From the NCBI GenBank assembly GCA_031425235.1, contig JANPIZ010000001.1:27731-91730 (forward strand): DNA of 64,000 bases. Reading direction: 5' to 3'. Both the position numbers and the translations under genes were made by a program. The stretch comes from Candidatus Nomurabacteria bacterium (GTDB taxonomy: Bacteria > Patescibacteriota > Minisyncoccia > Phycocordibacterales > UBA9973). A model generated the notes under the pieces. That model was given only the letters and a program-made list of their open reading frames with translations. It had not been told where the DNA came from and did not search any database. Position 1 is the first letter of the stretch. Every line of letters begins with the position of its first letter. This document shows, in pieces, positions 41,438 to 48,619 of the stretch.

Positions 41438-42232
41438 ATGAAAAAAATTATTATTGCGTTATTCTTATTATTATCTTTCTTGCCCCCCGTATTGGCAGAT
41501 GCCCACGAACTTATTCCGAAGGCACTACAAGAATATATAGCGGCAAACCCAAATGCTACCCCTCAAGAAATAAAAGCATTTGCAGACAATCAGTCTCCAG
41601 AATTTGCGGAAAAATTCAAAGATGGTGCAGAGATTCTACAGATAGTAAGACAGCCAGATACTTCTTTTTTTGATAACTTTAAAGATTTTTTTAAAATCGG
41701 CGTTAGTCATATTTTAGCTGGCTTAGATCATATTTTATTTGTTCTTACTTTATTGTTTGTGTTTAAGAATTGGAAAGAAATCCTAAACCTTACTGGAACA
41801 TTTACGATTGCACACAGTATTACTCTTGTCTTAGCTGGCTCCGGTATTCTTACCTTAAGTCCTTCTCTTGTGGAGCCGCTCATTGCCCTCTCTATAGCAT
41901 ATATGGCTATTACAAGTGTATTTTTAAAGGGAACTCGATATATTGGCGAGCAAAGTGGCAAAATAGCCTCAGTTTTCTTTTTTGGGCTCTTCCATGGACT
42001 CGGTTTTGCTGGACTTATTCAAGAGATCAGCATCCCCACAAACTATGTAATATCTTCACTTGTTGCTTTTAATTTTGGTATAGAAATCGGACAACTTGTT
42101 ATTGTTGGACTTGTTTTCCCTGTTGCTTACTACTGCAGAGATAAAACCTGGTACCCTCGAAGTATAAAAATATTAGCTTTTTTTATAACGACAATTGCTC
42201 TCTTTTGGTTTATAGAAAGGATAATAGGATAA
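41438..42232 (+). CDS. HupE/UreJ-family membrane protein (putative Ni/Co transporter)
   Basis: Signal peptide then His; HILAGLDHILF, FTIAHSITL, VEPLIALSI, FGLFHGLGFA, FNFGIEIGQL. Confidence 0.9.
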   Translation: MKKIIIALFLLLSFLPPVLADAHELIPKALQEYIAANPNATPQEIKAFADNQSPEFAEKFKDGAEILQIVRQPDTSFFDNFKDFFKIGVSHILAGLDHILFVLTLLFVFKNWKEILNLTGTFTIAHSITLVLAGSGILTLSPSLVEPLIALSIAYMAITSVFLKGTRYIGEQSGKIASVFFFGLFHGLGFAGLIQEISIPTNYVISSLVAFNFGIEIGQLVIVGLVFPVAYYCRDKTWYPRSIKILAFFITTIALFWFIERIIG

Positions 42233-42270
42233 AAAGTTGTATTCAGTCGTTCCGATAATTACAAACAAGA

Positions 42271-42753
42271 CTAATGAAGACTGTTCGCGCTAAATCTAGA
42301 TTTTTCAGTAAGTTTTTTTAAGACTTTTACAAATGTACCCACTTGAGAGATAGACAAACCATCAAGCCATTTTTCACTTTCTTTACTAATTATTTTTTCA
42401 ATTTGTATCACAAACGCATGACCTTGTTTCGTTAAAGTAATTTTCTTCATTCTTTTGTCGGTGGGGTTTTTGCTATATACTACAAATCTTTTCTTAACGA
42501 ATTTTGAAGCAAGAATTGTCACAAATGGGGCCTCAACCCCGAGAATATCTGCAAATTTTTTTAGAGAAACTGATTCTTTTTGATCGTGAAGCATCCCCAA
42601 AAATACCCATTCAACAGCAGATATCCTAAATGGCTTGAGTAGTAAGCTCGTTTTTATATTCACTGTTTTGTAGGCTTTGTTCTGCAATAGGCCAAGTGCG
42701 TAGGTCTTTGCATATCCTTCTCTTTGTATATTTTTGAACATGTTTGTAGGCAT
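42271..42753 (-). CDS. MarR family transcriptional regulator
   Basis: ISAVEWVFL...LKKFADILGVEAPFVT...DKRMKKITLTKQG winged helix. Confidence 0.88.
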   Translation of the reverse strand: MPTNMFKNIQREGYAKTYALGLLQNKAYKTVNIKTSLLLKPFRISAVEWVFLGMLHDQKESVSLKKFADILGVEAPFVTILASKFVKKRFVVYSKNPTDKRMKKITLTKQGHAFVIQIEKIISKESEKWLDGLSISQVGTFVKVLKKLTEKSRFSANSLH

Positions 42754-42781
42754 CCCTTAAGTATACTTTTCCACAGGTAGC

Positions 42782-42830
42782 TTGCAATACCTATGTTTTT
42801 AGTGTACTATACTTAAGTAACTTAAGTATA
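42782..42830 (+). promoter_or_regulatory. msrB promoter with overlapping MarR-type operator
   Basis: TTGCAA(42782)-17 nt-TACTAT(42805); perfect inverted repeat TATACTTAAG-TAA-CTTAAGTATA (42808-42830). Confidence 0.75.
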
Positions 42831-42862
42831 TGATCAATACATACTATTGTCAAATTAAAAAA

Positions 42863-43456
42863 ATGAAAACCAAAAAAATAATTTTTATTTCAATTGTAAT
42901 AGTTGCACTAGGTTTATTAATATACGCTGTCTCAAGAACAAGATCTAACACAACTGACTCAACTATTTCTCGAAACGAAACCAAACAATGGATCCTACCA
43001 ACAGAAAGCTCTCCATACATAAAACCATCAGAGGATGCGCTCCGCAAAATACTTCCACCTCTTGCATATAACATTACCCAGCAAAATGCTACAGAAATCC
43101 CCTACTCAAACGAGTATGTTAAAAAATATGAAGCAGGAATATATGTCGACATCGTATCGGGTGAACCACTCTTTTCTTCAAGCGACAAATACGATTCTGG
43201 CACAGGCTGGCCTTCATTTGTGAAACCTATAACACCTGACGCGATTACCTCTAAAATCGATAAAGAATTGGGAATTGAAAGAATAGAAGTCAGGTCAAAG
43301 TACGCTGATTCTCATCTTGGACATATCTTTGACGATGGCCCCGCGGATCGAGGAGGAAAAAGATACTGCATTAATGGTTTTGCTCTTCGCTTTGTTGCCA
43401 AAGACCAAATGGTCGCGAGCGGATACGGAGAATACCTAAAATATGTATCGAAATAA
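42863..43456 (+). CDS. msrB: Membrane-anchored peptide-methionine (R)-S-oxide reductase
   Basis: N-terminal TM; KYDSGTGWPSF, HLGHIFDDGP, RYCING; alternative start at 42830. Confidence 0.95.
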   Translation: MKTKKIIFISIVIVALGLLIYAVSRTRSNTTDSTISRNETKQWILPTESSPYIKPSEDALRKILPPLAYNITQQNATEIPYSNEYVKKYEAGIYVDIVSGEPLFSSSDKYDSGTGWPSFVKPITPDAITSKIDKELGIERIEVRSKYADSHLGHIFDDGPADRGGKRYCINGFALRFVAKDQMVASGYGEYLKYVSK

Positions 43457-43744
43457 AACGCTTTTAAACAAGATTTTACATCAATTTCTACGTATATAAA
43501 ATATCGACTTACCCTAAACGGAATAAAAAATTCTACAGAGTTAGTACTTGACTATGCATATACGGTAGAGGGATCTAGTAATACTGAACAAAAAATTTAT
43601 AAACTTACAGATAAGGGTATAGAGAGAATCCAATATCCTTTGATTGAGAAAAAAAAGCTTATTCCCGACCGCACCTCTGTGGGTAAAAAAATTCCGTATA
43701 CCTCTTTCTCTTGCACTGGTTTTTCTAGAAAAATCCCGCAATAA
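43457..43744 (+). pseudogene. Start-less open frame; probable 3' remnant of a secreted-protein gene
   Basis: 95 sense codons without ATG (...LDYAYTVEGSSNTEQKIY...IQYPLIEKKKLIPD...C...) directly after the msrB stop. Confidence 0.45.
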
Positions 43745-43793
43745 TTTTGCTCCAAACGTGGGAGGATGTTCGGAGGGCTATTCTAAAGGAAAG

Positions 43794-44303
43794 TTAAGAA
43801 TTTTCCTTAGTTGAATCACATAAAAATACAGGAATAGGTTTATACTTATATCCTTCTTTTAGTAAAAGAGAAAGAGCAATCATCCTATGAAGTCCATCAA
43901 CGTGTTTTAGGGTTCCATTTATTACTACTAAAACTACACTAAGATTGAACTCTTTTTGTCTAATTTCTTCTTTAAGATAATTAATTAATTCTTTACAATC
44001 TCTCGCATAATCAGTATCAAATTTATTTAGAAGCATAAAAGCATCTTTTACTGGTGTATCAATAGGGAAAAATAGATTCTCTTTAACTAATGAATGAGGA
44101 TGACTTGGTAATAGAATGTCTAGAAAAAATTCTTCTGGCAAAAACCCTTGATACCAGCAATCTCCATATACTTCAGCTAAATGAATGACATAATCTATAG
44201 CGAACTGATTTGTCTTTTCTGCCCAATTTGTTCCAAATTTTTGAGCAAGTAAACTATTTGTAACTTCTTCCACTGAAGCTTTCTTTTCATCTATTAAATT
44301 CAT
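43794..44303 (-). CDS. Hypothetical protein with ParB/Srx-like DGxHR motif
   Basis: VVLVVINGTLKHVDGLHRMIAL...IPVF. Confidence 0.6.
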   Translation of the reverse strand: MNLIDEKKASVEEVTNSLLAQKFGTNWAEKTNQFAIDYVIHLAEVYGDCWYQGFLPEEFFLDILLPSHPHSLVKENLFFPIDTPVKDAFMLLNKFDTDYARDCKELINYLKEEIRQKEFNLSVVLVVINGTLKHVDGLHRMIALSLLLKEGYKYKPIPVFLCDSTKENS

Positions 44304-44338
44304 TTACAAAATTATATCACAGGTTCAAACTTCCTAAG

Positions 44339-44725
44339 TTAGATAAGAAAAACTTTATTATGAAATAAGGTTACTTTGCTGGCTCCGAACCTGGGACAAT
44401 GTTTGTCTGCTAAAACTGACATGCCGTAAAACCACAATATATCAATTGTAAAATTAAAAAGACTAAATTCAAAATCAGGAATAAGAATAAACAAGGAACT
44501 TTTTGAATGTAAGTAACTAAGAGGAAAACCTATACCTAAATTATTGCCATGAATAAAAATCTGTATGGCTTGAAAAACAAGAAATAAGCCTATAGTTATC
44601 AGTAACTTTTTAGGAGTGGGTAGAAGTTGTTTAAACGTAAATGTTTTATTAAGAAATTTATTAATCAAAGGGATCGTAATCGCACAAACGTACATCTCCT
44701 TGCCAACATCCTCCAAAATATTCAA
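44339..44725 (-). CDS. Hypothetical membrane protein (start uncertain)
   Basis: GFPLSY...FSLFNFTIDILWFY hydrophobic segments. Confidence 0.45.
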   Translation of the reverse strand: MNILEDVGKEMYVCAITIPLINKFLNKTFTFKQLLPTPKKLLITIGLFLVFQAIQIFIHGNNLGIGFPLSYLHSKSSLFILIPDFEFSLFNFTIDILWFYGMSVLADKHCPRFGASKVTLFHNKVFLI

Positions 44726-44831
44726 ATGAATTTATTTTTGTAGTGCCAAAAATATTCGTATCTGACCAAACACGCAAAAAACCAACACTGATCAATAGAG
44801 CAATAAACACTAAAGAAATAAGGTTCTTCAT
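44661..44831 (-). CDS. Small putative secreted peptide (56 aa)
   Basis: MKNLISLVFIALLISVGFLRVWSDT...GGCWQGDVRLCDYDPFD*; TATAAT 6 nt before ATG; overlaps previous ORF call. Confidence 0.4.
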   Translation of the reverse strand: MKNLISLVFIALLISVGFLRVWSDTNIFGTTKINSFEYFGGCWQGDVRLCDYDPFD

Positions 44832-44864
44832 ATTTTTATTATACTAAATCTTGGTGATTTTTGC

Positions 44865-45035
44865 TGGCTCCGAGGGTAGGATATCTCGGCTTACAGCCGC
44901 CGTATACCTTTTCGATGAATTTACAATTCATAACGAAAAGCTTTTCGCTCCCTACACAGAAGTGAAGCAGTTCACTTCTTTCCCGGAGCTCACAAAATCA
45001 AAAGCCGCCTTTCGGCGACTTAAGATTTTTACGAG
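44865..45035 (-). repeat. tRNA-Asn-anchored ~170-nt structured element ending in a duplicated tRNA 3' end
   Basis: 44867-44880 matches tRNA 45035-45048 at 13/14; four hairpins in between. Confidence 0.7.
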
Positions 45036-45107
45036 CTCCGGGGGTAGGGATCGAACCTACGACCAATCGCTTAACAGGCGACCGCTCTACCACTGAGCTA
45101 CCCCGGA
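45036..45107 (-). tRNA. tRNA-Asn(GTT)
   Basis: TCCGGGGTAGCTCAGTGGTAGAGCGGTCGCCT-GTT-AAGCGATTGGTCGTAGGTTCGATCCCTACCCCCGGAG; CCA not encoded. Confidence 0.97.
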
Positions 45108-45185
45108 ATGTATTTTTATATTACCAGAAATTAGGAAAAATACAATGAGTTTGTCTTTGTTCTGTAATTGATTTAAAATGATTAG

Positions 45186-45701
45186 GTGAGCAAAAAACTA
45201 ATTATTTTAATATCAGTATTTGCTGTTTTAGCACTTGTGACCGCAGAAGTTTTTTATTTTAGGTTTCATACTTATTTTCAAAATACCCGAATAGAAGAGT
45301 CATTACCTGTAGCCACACAGAAAACCCTTGAGGTTGAGAGCGCAGAAAGCAGTGAAAGTATTATGGAACCTAAGTCTATCGTAAAAGGAAACTTCGTTGC
45401 AGTAGATTTTGTTCACAAAGGCTCTGGAACTGCACAAATAATTGAACAGGACGGAAAAAGATACCTAAGCTTAGAAAGCTTTGAGGTTACTAATGGACCC
45501 GATTTGTACATTTACTTAAGTGATTCAAAAAATCCTGGAAACTCAATAGAGAGTTTAGATAATTATGTAAGTCTGGGTATGTTAAAAGGAAATCAAGGAA
45601 ATCAGGTATATGAAATACCAGAATCTTATAAAGGAAATAATACAGCCATAATTTGGTGTAAAAAATTCGGCGTTCTATTTAGTTACGCAGTAATGCAATA
45701 A
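45186..45701 (+). CDS. DM13 domain protein, membrane-anchored
   Basis: HKGSGTA...FEVTNGPDLYIYLS...LKGNQGNQVYEIP...IWCKKFGVLF. Confidence 0.9.
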   Translation: MSKKLIILISVFAVLALVTAEVFYFRFHTYFQNTRIEESLPVATQKTLEVESAESSESIMEPKSIVKGNFVAVDFVHKGSGTAQIIEQDGKRYLSLESFEVTNGPDLYIYLSDSKNPGNSIESLDNYVSLGMLKGNQGNQVYEIPESYKGNNTAIIWCKKFGVLFSYAVMQ

Positions 45702-45707
45702 AACAAA

Positions 45708-46295
45708 TTAGTCTCCGGCAAGGTAAAACACCCATTTGCCATCCTCCATAATGCCGAGGCGATAATATGCATACGCTCCGAACTGTCGATACCCTTCTAT
45801 CTCTTCTTCAGTTAAAAGAATTCGCATTTGGGCAATGTCTTTTTCGGTCCAGTCCTCGCTCGCCTTTGTAAATACTTCTGGCCATGTATACATGTCATAT
45901 TGTTTCGCATATGGCATTTCTAGAAGTTTTATACTAATATCAAATGATTTTTCATTATCATTTGAATCTTCCATTTTCAAATATTCAGCCAAGCCTTCCT
46001 CCGATCCTCCATAACTATACTGAAAATTTTCACTCGCCTCATCAGCAAGTAAATCATAATCACGAGCCAGTGCGGCCTGATAAATTGCTTGGCGTTTCTT
46101 TTCGACAGCTTCTGGCAAGCCTGGCTGTGGTGCAAGAGTTTTTGCTACTTCAATTTCCTTCTCTTCTTGTTTTGGCTGATTTTCGTCAACTATTACTGTA
46201 TTGTCGGCTGCCCTTTGATCTTGATAAAAAAAAGCTAATGCGCCGAAGGCGGCGACAATTAGTACTATTATTAATCCTAAAAGTTTTTTATTCAT
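45708..46295 (-). CDS. Conserved-looking hypothetical membrane-anchored protein
   Basis: N-terminal TM; C-terminal YRLGIMEDGKWVFYLAGD. Confidence 0.75.
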   Translation of the reverse strand: MNKKLLGLIIVLIVAAFGALAFFYQDQRAADNTVIVDENQPKQEEKEIEVAKTLAPQPGLPEAVEKKRQAIYQAALARDYDLLADEASENFQYSYGGSEEGLAEYLKMEDSNDNEKSFDISIKLLEMPYAKQYDMYTWPEVFTKASEDWTEKDIAQMRILLTEEEIEGYRQFGAYAYYRLGIMEDGKWVFYLAGD

Positions 46296-46335
46296 ACTTA
46301 GTATTATGACGTATGAGGAGTAGATTTACTACATA

Positions 46336-46507
46336 ACCCTACAGAAATCTCGGTCATTACATATGTTTTACTGTGGCTACAAATAATTTCTCGCCGCCGC
46401 TCGAAATTTTCGCAGCCCGCCCCTCGTGGTTTTGCGTACTCGCAAAACATCACTGCGTTCTCCACAAAACGCAAAAATTCCCAGCAGTGGGAATTATTTG
46501 TGTTTTG
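46336..46507 (-). repeat. tRNA-Ala-anchored ~170-nt structured element ending in a partial tRNA 3' duplicate
   Basis: ACCCTACAG at 46336 = tRNA 46511-46519, followed by AAATCTCGG; several hairpins. Confidence 0.6.
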
Positions 46508-46581
46508 TGGACCCTACAGGACTCGAACCTGCCACCTCCTCATTGCAAATGAGGCGCTCTAGCCAGATGAGCTAAGGGCCC
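46508..46581 (-). tRNA. tRNA-Ala(TGC)
   Basis: GGGCCCTTAGCTCATCTGGCTAGAGCGCCTCATT-TGC-AATGAGGAGGTGGCAGGTTCGAGTCCTGTAGGGTCCA; G3:U70 identity pair. Confidence 0.97.
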
Positions 46582-46624
46582 AGACTAAAATAGTGTATCG
46601 TATTCTGGTAAAAATGCAACTGTA

Positions 46625-47473
46625 TTAATAGTATATCTCTATATTTTTCTTGTGTTGTTCGTAAGTCTTCGAGCAATGAATTTTACTATTTTTGTCGTGT
46701 AGGTAAAATATACACTCGGTCTTTTGTGGATTATACGCAGCAGCGATAGCTGCAAGTCCTGGGTTTGCTATTGGGCCTGGTGGGAAACCATTATGTTTAT
46801 ATGTGTTGTACGAGGAATCTATTTTTTTGTCATCCGAATACACCTTACCCCACCAACCTTCTTCTTCAGTCCCCTTTGCATATTGAAGCGTGGCATCCAT
46901 TTGGAGTTTCATTCCGCTAAAAATACGATTCCAGATAATGCCCGAAATAAGATTCATATCATCTTTGCCGTTTGACTCACGTTGAATAATAGAAGCAATG
47001 GTTATTATCGCGTCTTTGTTGAGTATTTTTTTTGATTTATTTTCTTTGGGATCTAAAATTTTACTTGTTTGTTTTTCAAACTCTTCAAACATCGTGGCAC
47101 TCACTTCGGACGGACCTTCGTCCTTATTAATAAGATAGGTCTTTGGGAAGTAACGCCCTTCGAGATTTGGGCTGTTCATAGCTAGATGCGCATTTATAAA
47201 ATCAATCTTTTGGTTGTCATCCCAGCCGAGCTTGTCACCCACAACTTCAGCTATTTGTTCCTTACGCAACCCTGGCACTACACGAACAATACGCATCGAA
47301 GGATTTGCTAAGTCGACATAAAAAGAAAGTTTAGCCAACAAACTCGGGTTAAATCCAAAATGGAAAATAACATAAAACAAACCCATGGCTGCGAGGGTAA
47401 ATGTGATGGATAGAACTTTAAATTTTTTATTGAAATTAGATTTTTTCTTTCGAGGATTTTTGACAGTTTTCAT
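46625..47473 (-). CDS. mltG: Endolytic transglycosylase MltG (YceG family)
   Basis: EGRYFPKTY, IASIIQRE, LQMDATLQY, YNTY...PPGPIANPG; start taken at MKTVK. Confidence 0.92.
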   Translation of the reverse strand: MKTVKNPRKKKSNFNKKFKVLSITFTLAAMGLFYVIFHFGFNPSLLAKLSFYVDLANPSMRIVRVVPGLRKEQIAEVVGDKLGWDDNQKIDFINAHLAMNSPNLEGRYFPKTYLINKDEGPSEVSATMFEEFEKQTSKILDPKENKSKKILNKDAIITIASIIQRESNGKDDMNLISGIIWNRIFSGMKLQMDATLQYAKGTEEEGWWGKVYSDDKKIDSSYNTYKHNGFPPGPIANPGLAAIAAAYNPQKTECIFYLHDKNSKIHCSKTYEQHKKNIEIYY

Positions 47474-47514
47474 GTGCTCAATAATTGTATCATACAATAT
47501 GAAAACATAGACAG

Positions 47515-47598
47515 AAAAAACAAAAGCCCGCTCGAAAGCGGGCTTTTGCGGCACATATATTGTTTACGATAAATGCAAGAATCACTTCTCACACTCAC
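47515..47598 (-). ncRNA. Candidate small RNA or terminated leader divergent from rnpB
   Basis: Minus-strand promoter TTGCAT(47633-28)-17 nt-TATGAT(47610-05) with extended TG; GC-rich terminator 47521-47548 plus U-tract; no ORF. Confidence 0.5.
47521..47548 (-). terminator. Intrinsic terminator
   Basis: CAAAAGCCCGC-TCGAAA-GCGGGCTTTTG with U-run on minus strand. Confidence 0.85.
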
Positions 47599-47651
47599 CT
47601 ATGTATCATAGCATACTTCACAAAAAAATGCAAGCATGCTATTGTGTGAGA

Positions 47652-48001
47652 GCAGGTGTTGGATAGCTACTCTAACGTTACGTCAGAGAGGAAAGTCCGA
47701 ACACAGTTCATTCGCCTTTGGCGGACGAAAAACAGGTAGCGGGTAACTCCCGTGCATAGCGATATATAGGTGCGAGCAGAGACGCTTCGAAGCGAAAGCT
47801 AAGAAGTATCCCAAGAGCAATCAAGGGATAAATCCTTATAGTAATATAAGGGGTGAAACGGCTAAACCCTTACCTCTGTGCAAGATCGTGCTCTGGCCTT
47901 TGGGTTAGAGAGAATCGCTTGAGTCCGACGGCAACGTCGGACCTAGATAAATTGCTATCACCCCGCTCGCGGGGAACAAAATTCGGCTTATAGATACCTG
48001 C
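47652..48001 (+). ncRNA. rnpB: RNase P RNA
   Basis: GAGGAAAGTCC, GTGAAACGG, CTAGATAAAT, AACAAAATTCGGCTTA; P1 GCAGGTGT/ATACCTGC; promoter TTCACA-17-TATTGT. Confidence 0.95.
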
Positions 48002-48004
48002 AAC

Positions 48005-48043
48005 AAAATGAAAACTCCGCTCTAAAGGCGGAGTTTTCATTTT
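48005..48043. terminator. Bidirectional terminator
   Basis: AAAATGAAAACTCCGC-N7-GCGGAGTTTTCATTTT. Confidence 0.9.
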
Positions 48044-48052
48044 AAGGGCTAT

Positions 48053-48616
48053 CTAATTATTAATAGGTATACCTTCTTTATTTTCAAAACCCACTCTATC
48101 CCCTATTTTTAAATTATTCTTTTCTGCAAAGCCTGAAGGAACTTCTAAAACATATTTAGCATTTTCTATGCTATCTGAACTAGGCCCATACGTCTCTGGA
48201 TAAGACCCCGGTCGAGCATCTTTTTTTATATAGATGACCATATTAAAATTCTCATCTATCCATATAATATCTATAGGGAATTTCATATCCTTCATCCAAA
48301 AATTGTGTTCCCCGGGCTTATCAAAAACAAACAACATGCCTTCGTTTTCTTTTAAACTAATTCTTCCGGACAACCCTTGTGCCTGATCTTCTTTGGTTAA
48401 AGCTAATTCAACTTTTATTTTTTTTTCTCCCAACATTACATATTTTATTTCTTTCGCTTCTTTTGATATTTCTTCGTTTCTTTCTTCTATCAAAGCTTCT
48501 GTTGTTCTTTCATCTTTTGACTTAAAATCCATGGAATATCCAATCAAAAAAAATCCCATTATGAGACTCACAATAATAGTGACAAACCATGCTATAAAAA
48601 CTTTTCTAATTTTCAT
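48053..48616 (-). CDS. DUF192 domain protein
   Basis: GLSGR...GMLFVF...FWMKDMKFPIDIIW...YVLEV. Confidence 0.92.
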   Translation of the reverse strand: MKIRKVFIAWFVTIIVSLIMGFFLIGYSMDFKSKDERTTEALIEERNEEISKEAKEIKYVMLGEKKIKVELALTKEDQAQGLSGRISLKENEGMLFVFDKPGEHNFWMKDMKFPIDIIWIDENFNMVIYIKKDARPGSYPETYGPSSDSIENAKYVLEVPSGFAEKNNLKIGDRVGFENKEGIPINN

Positions 48617-48619
48617 AAA

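Noticed and set aside
6461-42775. DnaA-box-like TT(A/T)TCCACA at 6461, 11877, 38234, 42767
   Set aside because: Isolated single boxes, no cluster or dnaA/dnaN nearby, so not oriC; two come from the marR duplication.
44851-45096. 81-aa + strand ORF
   Set aside because: Overlaps tRNA-Asn antisense and the structured element; spurious.
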